From the NCBI GenBank assembly GCA_902470165.1, contig CABRFF010000002.1:4562-68561 (forward strand): a DNA stretch of 64,000 bases, in the 5' to 3' direction. The notes beneath the pieces were generated by a model. That model saw nothing but the letters and a program-made list of their open reading frames with translations. It ran no database searches and was not told where the DNA came from. A program made the translations under genes and the position numbers. Each line of letters begins with the position of its first letter. The first letter of the stretch is position 1. Shown in pieces: positions 38,967 to 48,333 of this stretch. This DNA is from an uncultured Eubacteriales bacterium. Its GTDB lineage: Bacteria; Bacillota; Clostridia; Oscillospirales; Oscillospiraceae.

Positions 38967-40088
38967 TTACTTCATCAATTCCAACAGAACCTGATAGATT
39001 CGCTCGTTGGCATCGGTCACTGCCATTTCCTTCAACTCCCGGCTCATAGCAGCCAGGCCCTGTGGATCGGCCAGCATGGTTTGAACCTGCTGGTACAGGC
39101 TGTCCCCGGTACACTCCGGCTCCAGCATCAGCACAGCCGCACCACGATCTGAGAGCACCCGTGCATTTTTCTCCTGGTGGTTCGCCGTCACGTTGGGAGA
39201 CGGCACCAGAATGCTGGGACAGGCAATCGCGGAGATCTCAGAGATGGTGGACGCGCCTGCCCGGCTGAGCATGATATCCGCCGCATCCATGACCACCGGC
39301 ATGTCGTAGATGTACTCCCGCACATCCACGCAAGGGTACTGTTCCAGATCGATCCCCCGGTCCGCCAGCTCCTGCTGCACCCGCTCATAGTAGCGTTTGC
39401 CCACGCCGTAGATGTGGTGGAAGGGTTGTCCCTCCCGACACTCCCGGACCACGAAGTCCACCATGTGCTGGTTCATCACCAGAGCGCCCAGGGAACCCCA
39501 GCTGGTGACTACCACTGGTTTGTCGTCAGTAATCCCCAGCTTTTTCCGGGCCTCCGCCTTGTTCTGAAGGAAAAACTCCCCGCGCACCGGTGTGCCCGTC
39601 ACAGTCACCCGTTCCGGATGGGGATAGTGTTTCCGGCTTTCCTCAAAGCCCACCATCACCTTGTCCACATACTTGGACAGCATTTTGGTGGTCAGACCCG
39701 GCTCCGCGTTGGATTCATGGACCGCCGTGGGAATTCCCCGCCGGGCCGCCTCCCGCACCACCGGGAAAGAGGCATAGCCTCCCGTTCCCACCACCAGGTC
39801 AGGCTGGAACTGTTCCAGAATGCGTCTTGCCTGACGCTTCGACTTCCCCAGATTGCGCAGCGTGGTCAGATTGTGCTTGATGCCCGCCAGATTCATCTGA
39901 CGCCAGAAGCTGGAGATGGTCACCGTCTGAATCGGGTAGCCCTCCCGGGGTACCAGCTGCTGCTCCATTCCCCCATCCGCGCCGACAAAGAGAATGTCCG
40001 CCTGGTTCCGCGCCTGGAACATCCCTGCCAACGCCAGAGCAGGGTTGATATGGCCGGCGGTGCCGCCGCAGGTAAACAGGATCTTCAT
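38967..40088 (-). CDS. murG: MurG glycosyltransferase
   Basis: GGTAGHINP, GGYAS, HESN, GTPVR, GSLGA, RAGAST, HQEKNA. Confidence 0.95.
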   Translation of the reverse strand: MKILFTCGGTAGHINPALALAGMFQARNQADILFVGADGGMEQQLVPREGYPIQTVTISSFWRQMNLAGIKHNLTTLRNLGKSKRQARRILEQFQPDLVVGTGGYASFPVVREAARRGIPTAVHESNAEPGLTTKMLSKYVDKVMVGFEESRKHYPHPERVTVTGTPVRGEFFLQNKAEARKKLGITDDKPVVVTSWGSLGALVMNQHMVDFVVRECREGQPFHHIYGVGKRYYERVQQELADRGIDLEQYPCVDVREYIYDMPVVMDAADIMLSRAGASTISEISAIACPSILVPSPNVTANHQEKNARVLSDRGAAVLMLEPECTGDSLYQQVQTMLADPQGLAAMSRELKEMAVTDANERIYQVLLELMK

Positions 40089-40138
40089 GGAACATCACTC
40101 CTAAATTTTACAAACAATTCACTGCTCTTTTTGTCGTA

Positions 40139-41389
40139 TTAGCCCTTCTTGGGCGCCGGAATCTGCCGGGATACGGCCAGTATGATTCCGATCTCCGCCA
40201 GCTGTATCACCAGCGCCGTACCGCCGTAGCTGAAAAACGGCAGGGAAATGCCCGTGGCCGGCAGAACATTCAACACAACTGCGATATTCAGGAACACCTG
40301 AACCGCCAGCAGGGTGTTAATACCCACGATCAGCAGGGAGCCAAACCGATCTCTGGCATGAAGCGCCAGCCAGTACCCGCGGACAATCAGCAGGGCAAAG
40401 AGGATAATCACCAGCACAGCGCCGATAAATCCCAGTTCCTCGCAGATAATGGCAAAGATAAAGTCGTTCTGCTCTTCAGGTAAGTAAAGGTATTTTTGCC
40501 GGCTCTGTCCAAACCCAAGGCCGGTAAGGCCGCCCGATGCCACCGCATACAGGGACTGTACGATCTGATAGCCCTTCTCCTTGGGGTCCCACCAGGGATC
40601 CAACCACGTCTTAATACGGCTGCTGTTATAACCTACCACCAGCACCATAATCACGCCCATCAAACCGATGGCAACACCGCCAACCGCAAACCAGCCCAGC
40701 CGCACTCCCGCGGCAAAGAGGATAGCCGCTCCGGCCGCCAGAACCAGAATGGTGCCGGACATGTGGGGCTCCGCCAGCATCAGGCCGGAGATCAGCACCA
40801 GAATGATAAGGTAAGGTACAAGCTCTCCCAGATCGCTCCAGTAAAGGAATGCCTTTAGATTGGCCTTCCACTGGGGCGTATGCCGGCTCAAATGCGGCAT
40901 GGTAGCATTCCGCTTGGACATGCCAGCGGCGAAGACCAGCACAACACCCAGCTTTGCCACCTCAGAGGGCTGATAAGTCGGTCCCACCACCAGAAGCAAC
41001 CGCAGCCACCGGGTCGCTCCGTTGACATTGACGCCCAACGGCGTCAGCACCAGGAGCAGCAGCACTACGGCGATAGCCAGGACGGGCAGCGACCAGAGTC
41101 GCCACCGCTGGTAGTCCACTCGTGACACCAGCCACATGACGACAACACCACCTACCGCATAGGCCAGCTGATGCTTGAAGTAGTAAAGCGCATCACCCAG
41201 CTGCACCACACCGTCCACCACTTTATATCCGGCCGCTCTATCGTACAGGGCCGCATAGGATGAGGCCGACAGCAGCATAACCAGGCCGATGCCCAGCAGC
41301 AGCATGGTCAGCATCAGAAAGGGCAGGTCAATGGGTCCCCGAGCCATCTGCTGTTCCCGTGTCAAATCGCGGATTGATTTTTTCGCCAC
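40139..41389 (-). CDS. ftsW: SEDS glycosyltransferase FtsW/SpoVE
   Basis: NGATRW, QPSEVAK, GYQIVQS, LPEEQNDFIFAIICEELG, LPFFSYGGT. Confidence 0.92.
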   Translation of the reverse strand: MAKKSIRDLTREQQMARGPIDLPFLMLTMLLLGIGLVMLLSASSYAALYDRAAGYKVVDGVVQLGDALYYFKHQLAYAVGGVVVMWLVSRVDYQRWRLWSLPVLAIAVVLLLLVLTPLGVNVNGATRWLRLLLVVGPTYQPSEVAKLGVVLVFAAGMSKRNATMPHLSRHTPQWKANLKAFLYWSDLGELVPYLIILVLISGLMLAEPHMSGTILVLAAGAAILFAAGVRLGWFAVGGVAIGLMGVIMVLVVGYNSSRIKTWLDPWWDPKEKGYQIVQSLYAVASGGLTGLGFGQSRQKYLYLPEEQNDFIFAIICEELGFIGAVLVIILFALLIVRGYWLALHARDRFGSLLIVGINTLLAVQVFLNIAVVLNVLPATGISLPFFSYGGTALVIQLAEIGIILAVSRQIPAPKKG

Positions 41390-41433
41390 AGGGTGCTCCT
41401 CCTTTCTTCCATTTGCATCTATTCGCCAGGCGG

Positions 41434-42411
41434 TTACCGCCCCATCACTCCGACAAACGCCAGCAGACAGGCCAGTACCGTCACCGCAGTAAAGACGCCG
41501 AACAGTTTCTCTTCGCTCCAGCCGCCCATCTCAAAGTGATGGTGCAGCGGAGCCATGCGGAAGATCCGCTTGCCATGGCTCAGCTTATAGTAGGTGACCT
41601 GGATGATATCGGACAGGGTCTCCAGCAGGTAGATGATGCCCACCAGAATCAGAATCAGCGGCATATCCAGGGCAAAGGCCAGCCCGCAGACTGCGCCGCC
41701 CAGGAACAGGGAACCCGTGTCTCCCATGAACACCTTGGCCGGGTGGAAATTGTACAGCAGGAAGGCACACAGTCCGCCGAATAGCGCCGCAGAGAATATG
41801 CCCAGCTCTGTAGCGCCCCACAGCACAGACACTGCCAGATAGAACAGCGCCACAGGCATAGTCACACCGGTGGCCAGACCGTCCACCCCGTCTGTGATGT
41901 TCACCGCGTTGACGGTTCCCACCATGACGAAGGCCGCGAAGATCATATAGATTACCCACGGAATCTGAAAGCTCACGTTGACAAAGGGAATATACAGGTC
42001 CGGGGTCAGGTAGCCGGTGTAGCGCAGCAGCACGGTAAAGGCGATGGCCGCCGCCAGCTGGAGCAGAAACTTCTGCGGCGCGGTCAGGCCTTCATTTTTG
42101 TGGTGCTTCACCTTCATATAGTCGTCAAAAAAACCGATGGCGCCAAACACCAGCGCGAACAGGTAGACGAACAGAGCGCCAAAATCGCCGTTTCGGAAAT
42201 CCTGCCAGCCCGTGGCCAGAATCGCCACCAGAATGCCGACAATGAACATGATTCCGCCCATGGTAGGCGTGCCCTGCTTGGCCATATGCCACACCGGGCC
42301 AATTTCTTTGATGGACTGACCGGCCTTCAGCGCCCGCAGCCACGGGATCAACACTCTCCCCAGCACCGCCGATACGGCGAATGCCAACACAAAACTAATT
42401 ACAAACCTCAT
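41434..42411 (-). CDS. mraY: Phospho-MurNAc-pentapeptide translocase
   Basis: KQGTPTMGG, GFFDD, NAVNITDGVDG, FMGDTGS, MAPLHHHFE. Confidence 0.96.
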   Translation of the reverse strand: MRFVISFVLAFAVSAVLGRVLIPWLRALKAGQSIKEIGPVWHMAKQGTPTMGGIMFIVGILVAILATGWQDFRNGDFGALFVYLFALVFGAIGFFDDYMKVKHHKNEGLTAPQKFLLQLAAAIAFTVLLRYTGYLTPDLYIPFVNVSFQIPWVIYMIFAAFVMVGTVNAVNITDGVDGLATGVTMPVALFYLAVSVLWGATELGIFSAALFGGLCAFLLYNFHPAKVFMGDTGSLFLGGAVCGLAFALDMPLILILVGIIYLLETLSDIIQVTYYKLSHGKRIFRMAPLHHHFEMGGWSEEKLFGVFTAVTVLACLLAFVGVMGR

Positions 42412-43592
42412 CTTTTGCTCCTTCGGATACGGCTCCACGTATCCTTTCTCTTTCTAACTTTACCGCGGCGGAAGTAGTCAAAGACCACTGCGCGCTCTTC
42501 CAAATCAACGGCTCCCTCCCGGGTGAGCATCTGGGTTTTATCTCCCCGTCCGCTCAGCAATACCAGGTCGCTAGGCTGCGCTAGGTCCAGCGCCCGCTCA
42601 ATGGCCATCCTGCGGTCCAGGATCACTTCAGGGTGTTTCTCTTCCATGCCACTGCGTATTTGCCGGCAAATATCCTCCACCGATTCTGTTCGGGGATCAT
42701 CCGCCGTCAAAATCACCACATCTGCCCGGGACGCCGCTTCGCCCAGCATGGGCCGCCTGGATCGGTCCCGATCTCCCGGCGCACCCAGCACCAGAATCAG
42801 CCGGCCCTCTGCCAGGCCCCGGGCCGCCATCAGCAGGTTATCCACCTGCTCCGGCGTGGCCGCGCTGTCAATCAGCACGCCAAAGGGCGCTGCCAGCGGT
42901 AACAGCTCCATTCGCCCCCGCACGCCCCGGGTATTGGGCAGAATACGCGCCATCTGCTCCAGGGTCAGCCCGGACCGCAGTCCGCAGGCCAACGCCGCCA
43001 AGGCATTGTACAGACCAAACCCGCCGGGAATGGGCAACCGCATCCGGCAGATGGCCTCGTCGGTCAGGGCTTCAAACTCAATCCGGTCAGAGCACAGCCG
43101 CAGATTGCGGGCATTTAAGTCCGCCTCACTGCGCCGCTCCGCGTAAGTGACCGTTTTCTGCTGTCTGCCCTGGACCATCTTCCGCAGATAGGGGTCGTCA
43201 ATATTGCAGACCCACCACCCTTCCTGCGTTTTCAGGAACTGGGCCACTTCATCTGCCTCTGCTGTGTCGCCGCATCCGGTGAGAACCACCGTTTCAAAGG
43301 CCAGCCCGGCAAGAGCTTCGCTGCCCAGCGCGAATAACGGCAGAGTCAATACCACGGCGTCACAGCCCGCCTGCCCCATCCGCTCCAGTTCCTGATCCAG
43401 CTGGCCCCGCCAGTCGGGCCAGGCAGGCGGCGGTAGCACCTCACTGCCCAGGTAGGCGTGCCGGGTGGTGATCAAGCCATATTTCTGCCCGAGTCCTGCC
43501 TCCAAAACGTTGCGGATCAGATGGGACGCACAGGTCTTTCCCGCGCCGCCTACCACCGCGTGGAGCGGGATCGGGTTCTTATTCCAACGCAT
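42408..43592 (-). CDS. Degenerate MurE-like Mur ligase (N-terminal domain absent, catalytic motifs altered)
   Basis: Occupies the murE slot; retains GKT, NIDDP, GRME, GDRDRSRRP.LG, DDPRTE, DRR.AI; lacks EVSSH, DHLD and DYAH. Confidence 0.75.
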   Translation of the reverse strand: MRWNKNPIPLHAVVGGAGKTCASHLIRNVLEAGLGQKYGLITTRHAYLGSEVLPPPAWPDWRGQLDQELERMGQAGCDAVVLTLPLFALGSEALAGLAFETVVLTGCGDTAEADEVAQFLKTQEGWWVCNIDDPYLRKMVQGRQQKTVTYAERRSEADLNARNLRLCSDRIEFEALTDEAICRMRLPIPGGFGLYNALAALACGLRSGLTLEQMARILPNTRGVRGRMELLPLAAPFGVLIDSAATPEQVDNLLMAARGLAEGRLILVLGAPGDRDRSRRPMLGEAASRADVVILTADDPRTESVEDICRQIRSGMEEKHPEVILDRRMAIERALDLAQPSDLVLLSGRGDKTQMLTREGAVDLEERAVVFDYFRRGKVRKRKDTWSRIRRSKR

Positions 43593-45882
43593 CGCTGTCA
43601 TTGTCCGCAATGGACTTGTTGGTGAAGTACACCGTGACCACCTCGCCCCGGGAGACCTGTTCTCCCGCCGCCACGCTCTGCTTATAGGCCACCGTATTGG
43701 AGGTGTAAGACCCCGATGTGCCGGAGGCCGTCATATAGAGGTTGAGATTATTCAAGGTATCCTTCACCTCGTCTGGCGTCATGCCGCTCAGATCTGGCAT
43801 GGTGATGGTATCCTCAGGCGCTTCTCCACCCATGTAGAGAATGACCTTGCTGCCGCTGGGGATGGTGGTGCCGGCCGCCGGAATCTGATCGGTAACGGTT
43901 TTCCCATTGCCCACCTTGCGATAGGTGAGATCCTTGTTGTTCAGGGCCTCAGCGGCTTCTTTTTCGCCGGAGCCGACCAAGGTGGGCACGCTCACGTTGG
44001 AGCCGGTCAGGTCATTTGCCGTATACTCTTTTTCAAAGCCCTGATAGTCCAGAATATCGGCAATCAGCTGACCCGCGATGGGCGCCGCCAGCTGGCCGCC
44101 GGAGATATAGTAGCCGGTGGTGGTGTAGTTGCTGCCCGCAGACTCTACCTTGGGCGAGTCAAAGGCCACCAGCACAATCACCTGTGGGTCATTTGCCGGA
44201 GCAAAGCCCACAAAGGACGTGATATACTCATCATCCACCAGGGTCTGCGAGGTACCGGTCTTGCCGCCAATGCGGTAGCCGGCCTGGTAGGCGTTCTGAC
44301 CGGTGTAGCTGGACACAACACCCTCCAGAATCTCGGCACAGGTGGCGGATGTGGATTCGCTGATCACCTGGCGCACCGGAGTGGTATCCGCCTCATAGGT
44401 GGTGTTTCCATCCTTGTCAACGATGGAGGAGACCACATGGGGCTGGTAGTAGTAGCCGCCGTTGACCACGGCGTTGACTGCGCTGATCAGCTGAATCGGA
44501 GTGACGGTAAACCGCTGACCAAAAGATGCGGTGGCCAGGTTGGTGGTACCGAAATCCTTCTGATCCCAGAGCACACTCTTCCCTTCACCCGGCAGGTCGA
44601 TACCGGTGGCCTCTGTGATGCCAAAGGCCTCCAGGTAGGAGTAAAACTTCTCCGTCCCCAGCTTCTGTCCGATTTCAATAAAGGCCGGGTTGCAGGAGTG
44701 GCCTACTGCCTCCGCCAGTGTCTGCTGGCCGTGGCCGCTCCGGTTGGAGCAGCGGATGTTCCAGGAGCCCACACGCACCTGACCGGAACAGTAAAAGATG
44801 TCCTTGGTGGTGGTGGTTCCCTCCTCCAGCGCAGAGGCCAGGACCACCGACTTGAAGGTGGAGCCCGGTTCGTAGGTATCGTTCAGCGCCTTGTTGCGCC
44901 ACATCTCATAGAGCGCATCGCTCTCCTCAATCTCCTTCTTATCGATTTTTTCCAGCAGGGTTTCGTCAATCACCTTGGAGTAATTGTTCAGATCATAGGT
45001 CGGCGAGCTGGCCATTCCCAGCACCGCACCGCTGTTGCAATCCAGCGCGATGATAAAGCCGCCCTTCCGGGCATCGTACTCCTTGATGCCCTCGGCCAGA
45101 TACTTTTCGCAGTAGGCCTGAATGGTAGCGTCAAGGGTCAGATAGACATCGTCCCCGTTCTCCGCATCGTAATAGTCCTGGAAAAAGTTCATCAGATCTG
45201 TTCCTCTGCCATTTGTGGCCGTAACTACCAGACCTTCCGTTCCCGCCAGTTCCTCATTCAGCTGCGCCTCAATACCGTAGGCACCGCCAGACTCATTGGT
45301 AAAGCCGATCACCTGCGCCGCCAAGTCCGAATAGGGGTAGTAGCGCTTGGTATTGGGGGTCAGGTAGATACACCCGGCCAGCTCATTGTCCGAGATAAAC
45401 TCCCGCACCGCATCCTCCGTTGTGGAGTCGATTTTGGTGGCGATTTTCTTGTACTGGCTGCTTTTATCGCCGCATTTTTCAGCAATGGTCTCGGCGTCCA
45501 CATTCCCCAAAATCTCTGCCAGTCCATCTGCGATCAGCGTCTGCACATCGACGTTCTTTTTACTTTTATTCAACTCCTCCTGTTTCTCTGTGATAGCTTT
45601 GGGAGAGATGATGACATCGTACACCGTGGAGCTGATGGCCAGCACATTGCCCTTGGTATCGTAGATCGTGCCCCGCTGAGCGGTCACGGACTGCTCACTG
45701 GTCTGCTGTTCAATGGCCATTTCCTCCAGCTCATCGTGCTGGATCACCTGCAAATACCACAGCCTGCCAACCAGGATCAGAAACGTCACAATCCCAAAGA
45801 AGAGCATCAGAAACACCGTTCTCTTCAGTATTCTACGGTTCGCTTCCTTCCCGTTTTTTCTCCCCTTTTCAAGGTTGTTCAT
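43579..45882 (-). CDS. spoVD: Class B penicillin-binding protein SpoVD/FtsI with two PASTA domains
   Basis: RGTIYD, RYYP, EPGSTFK (SxxK), SCN, KTGTSQ; sigma-E-like promoter immediately upstream. Confidence 0.88.
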   Translation of the reverse strand: MNNLEKGRKNGKEANRRILKRTVFLMLFFGIVTFLILVGRLWYLQVIQHDELEEMAIEQQTSEQSVTAQRGTIYDTKGNVLAISSTVYDVIISPKAITEKQEELNKSKKNVDVQTLIADGLAEILGNVDAETIAEKCGDKSSQYKKIATKIDSTTEDAVREFISDNELAGCIYLTPNTKRYYPYSDLAAQVIGFTNESGGAYGIEAQLNEELAGTEGLVVTATNGRGTDLMNFFQDYYDAENGDDVYLTLDATIQAYCEKYLAEGIKEYDARKGGFIIALDCNSGAVLGMASSPTYDLNNYSKVIDETLLEKIDKKEIEESDALYEMWRNKALNDTYEPGSTFKSVVLASALEEGTTTTKDIFYCSGQVRVGSWNIRCSNRSGHGQQTLAEAVGHSCNPAFIEIGQKLGTEKFYSYLEAFGITEATGIDLPGEGKSVLWDQKDFGTTNLATASFGQRFTVTPIQLISAVNAVVNGGYYYQPHVVSSIVDKDGNTTYEADTTPVRQVISESTSATCAEILEGVVSSYTGQNAYQAGYRIGGKTGTSQTLVDDEYITSFVGFAPANDPQVIVLVAFDSPKVESAGSNYTTTGYYISGGQLAAPIAGQLIADILDYQGFEKEYTANDLTGSNVSVPTLVGSGEKEAAEALNNKDLTYRKVGNGKTVTDQIPAAGTTIPSGSKVILYMGGEAPEDTITMPDLSGMTPDEVKDTLNNLNLYMTASGTSGSYTSNTVAYKQSVAAGEQVSRGEVVTVYFTNKSIADNDSDALE

Positions 45883-45968
45883 TTCTCCACCCGCTTTCAT
45901 GGCACAAGGGCGTAAGAAAATATTACACTTCCTTACGCCCCATTTTTCTCTTGTGGCACTGTCACAGA

Positions 45969-45997
45969 ACAGTATGCGCAGTTTTGCGTCATTATGA
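45969..45997 (-). promoter_or_regulatory. Internal sigma-E-type promoter upstream of spoVD
   Basis: TCATAAT-N14-CATACTGT on the minus strand. Confidence 0.65.
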
Positions 45998-46558
45998 TTT
46001 GCCGCCAGTAAAAAGGGACCGGACACTTTCCAGGAACGCTTCGATTCCCGTCGATTCCTCTTTCTGATTGTACACGACTACGTTATCCGGATCGGACAGT
46101 TCTACATATACAATTTGACTGTTGTCAGAAGGTTTCAAATTCCCGGCTTTTTTAACCGCCTTTTGCAGAGTCTCGGTGTTAAACACTTCCTCATACTCTG
46201 CCTTCAGCATATCGCCTTCGGTTCTCAGCTCCGTCAGCTGATTTTGCAGAGACACGGTATCTGCGTAAATGCTGTTGAGCTGCACGTTGCTGACCAGCAC
46301 CAGCACTGCCATCACCGCCGCGATGGCAAAGCCGACGACTGCAAAGGGTGTCACTGCCTCCTTGGGACGAAGACGCACTCTGGGCCGGGTGCTAGTCCGG
46401 CGGCGGGCAACCTCTCCACTGCGGGTCCGTCTCTGACGGCGAGGCTGCGTATAGGGCTGTCCCCCGTCCGGTACGGGAACCGTATTCCTCTGGTAGTTCA
46501 GGTCGTAGGCCACATTGCCATCCATTGTTCGATTGTAGCGTCTTCTATCATCGGCCAT
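45992..46558 (-). CDS. ftsL: FtsL-like cell division protein
   Basis: GNVAYDL N-terminus, basic region, single TM and coiled coil; lies between rsmH and the PBP. Confidence 0.65.
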   Translation of the reverse strand: MADDRRRYNRTMDGNVAYDLNYQRNTVPVPDGGQPYTQPRRQRRTRSGEVARRRTSTRPRVRLRPKEAVTPFAVVGFAIAAVMAVLVLVSNVQLNSIYADTVSLQNQLTELRTEGDMLKAEYEEVFNTETLQKAVKKAGNLKPSDNSQIVYVELSDPDNVVVYNQKEESTGIEAFLESVRSLFTGGKS

Positions 46559-46586
46559 ACGACTCTCTCCTTTTTCACTCATAAAC

Positions 46587-47522
46587 TCAGCATTTTTCCG
46601 CAACGCGCAGCTTGGCGCTGCGGGCACGCGGATTGACTTTCAACTCTTCTGCCCCGGGCAAAATCGGTTTCTTCGGTTTCAGTTTCACCTGCGGCGTTTT
46701 TCCACAGATACAGACCGGGAACTCCGGCGGACAGGTACACCCCTTCGCCGCCTTGGCCAGCTCCCGCTTGACGATACGATCCTCCAGCGAGTGGAAGGAG
46801 ATCACACACAGCCGTCCACCCGATTTGAGCAGCGGAATGGCCGCCGCCACCGCGTCGGACACCGCCGCCAGCTCATCGTTGACTGCGATGCGAATCCCCT
46901 GGAAGGACCGCTTGGCCGGGTGCTGTTTTTCCCGCAGCGCCGCCGCCGGCATGGCACTCCGGATGATCTCCACCAGCTGGAGGGTGGTCTCAATGGGCTG
47001 CCGGGCCCGTTCCCGCACGATAGCCGCCGCAATGGGGCCGGCGTACCGCTCCTCGCCATAGGTGTGCAGGACCTCCCGTAGCTGACTCTCCGGCCACCGG
47101 TTGACCACCATGGCCGCAGTCAGCGGCTGGCTCTGGTCCATCCGCATATCCAGAGGCGCATCCTTTTGATAGGAAAAACCCCGCTCCGGATCGTCCAGCT
47201 GCGGAGAGGACACCCCCAGATCCAGCAGAATGCCATCCACCGCCGGGATCTCCAGCTCTTTTAAAATGTCAGGCATCTGGCGGAAATTGCCGTGGACCAG
47301 CGTAATCCGATCCATATGCTCCGCCAACCGCACCCGAGCGGCATCCAGAGCAGCCTGATCCCGGTCAATGGCAATCAACCGGCCACTGGTCAGCCGTTTG
47401 GCAATTTCACCGCTGTGTCCACCCCGTCCCAGGGTACCGTCTACATAGACGCCCTCAGGCCGGATGGCCAGCGACTGGATACACTCGTCCAGCAGCACCG
47501 GACGGTGGGTAAACTCACTCAT
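46587..47522 (-). CDS. rsmH: 16S rRNA m4C1402 methyltransferase
   Basis: HRPVLL, DGTLGRGGHS, DLGVSSPQLD, ISFHSLEDRIVK, NPRARSAKLR. Confidence 0.97.
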   Translation of the reverse strand: MSEFTHRPVLLDECIQSLAIRPEGVYVDGTLGRGGHSGEIAKRLTSGRLIAIDRDQAALDAARVRLAEHMDRITLVHGNFRQMPDILKELEIPAVDGILLDLGVSSPQLDDPERGFSYQKDAPLDMRMDQSQPLTAAMVVNRWPESQLREVLHTYGEERYAGPIAAAIVRERARQPIETTLQLVEIIRSAMPAAALREKQHPAKRSFQGIRIAVNDELAAVSDAVAAAIPLLKSGGRLCVISFHSLEDRIVKRELAKAAKGCTCPPEFPVCICGKTPQVKLKPKKPILPGAEELKVNPRARSAKLRVAEKC

Positions 47523-47524
47523 GC

Positions 47525-47965
47525 TCAGAACCCCAGCATTTCCATCATGTCGGCCACACGATCACCGCTCAGTGCCTCGGCATCCTTGGCCTTCCAGATA
47601 TCGGCGTTCCAGATCTTCGCCTTGTTGTTGTTGCCTACGATGGCCACTTCCTTTTCCAGGCCGGCGTAGGTACGCAGCTTCTGCGGAATCATAAACCGGT
47701 TCTGGCTGTCCGGTTCACACTTGAATGCGTTGGCAAAAAAGGTGTCCGAAATGGCGGCCTTACTGCTGGGCAGCTCCGCCAGCTTCGCACACAGCCTGTC
47801 CCACTCTTTCATAGGATACAGGTTCAGATACTGATACAGCTTTCCGTCAGCTTCCCGGTTGGCGCCCACGGCGACATAAAAGCAAGCGCCCAACTCCTCA
47901 CGGAAGTTGGCCGGAACAAAGAGGCGACCCTTGGCATCCATATTGTGCATATATGTGCCTGTCAT
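47525..47965 (-). CDS. mraZ: Transcriptional regulator MraZ
   Basis: DAKGRLFVP and DSQNRFMIP repeats; first gene of the dcw cluster. Confidence 0.93.
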   Translation of the reverse strand: MTGTYMHNMDAKGRLFVPANFREELGACFYVAVGANREADGKLYQYLNLYPMKEWDRLCAKLAELPSSKAAISDTFFANAFKCEPDSQNRFMIPQKLRTYAGLEKEVAIVGNNNKAKIWNADIWKAKDAEALSGDRVADMMEMLGF

Positions 47966-47996
47966 CTCCCCGCTCCCTCCATTTTACTTGCTGCAT

Positions 47997-48063
47997 CCTC
48001 ATTTTCTCTCCATTTTGCTCCACAGCATAGGAATAGTATACGTCCTTCTCTGAAAAAAGGCAA
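47997..48063 (-). promoter_or_regulatory. dcw promoter with MraZ-binding repeats
   Basis: TTGCCT-17-TATACT; GTGGAG, ATGGAG, ATGAGG at 10-11-bp intervals downstream of it. Confidence 0.7.
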
Positions 48064-48333
48064 GGGTAATTTTGAAATTATTTTCTCTTTTTCTCCCGTT
48101 TTTCCGGATAAAACTGTCCGGTTTCGCAACAAAACATACGTTCTATGCGTTTACAATTCTCTGCCACTCCCCCCGTTTTCCGCGCCTTCCCCTCCCCTTC
48201 TCCACTCCCCTCCACTGGCTAAAATATTCCCGTCTGCAGCCATTCTCCCCGCAAAAACTGGTTCCTGGTGCAAAAAAATACAGGGTGGAGAACTTTTCCT
48301 CTCCACCCTGCGCAGACGGTATCAACTCTGTTT

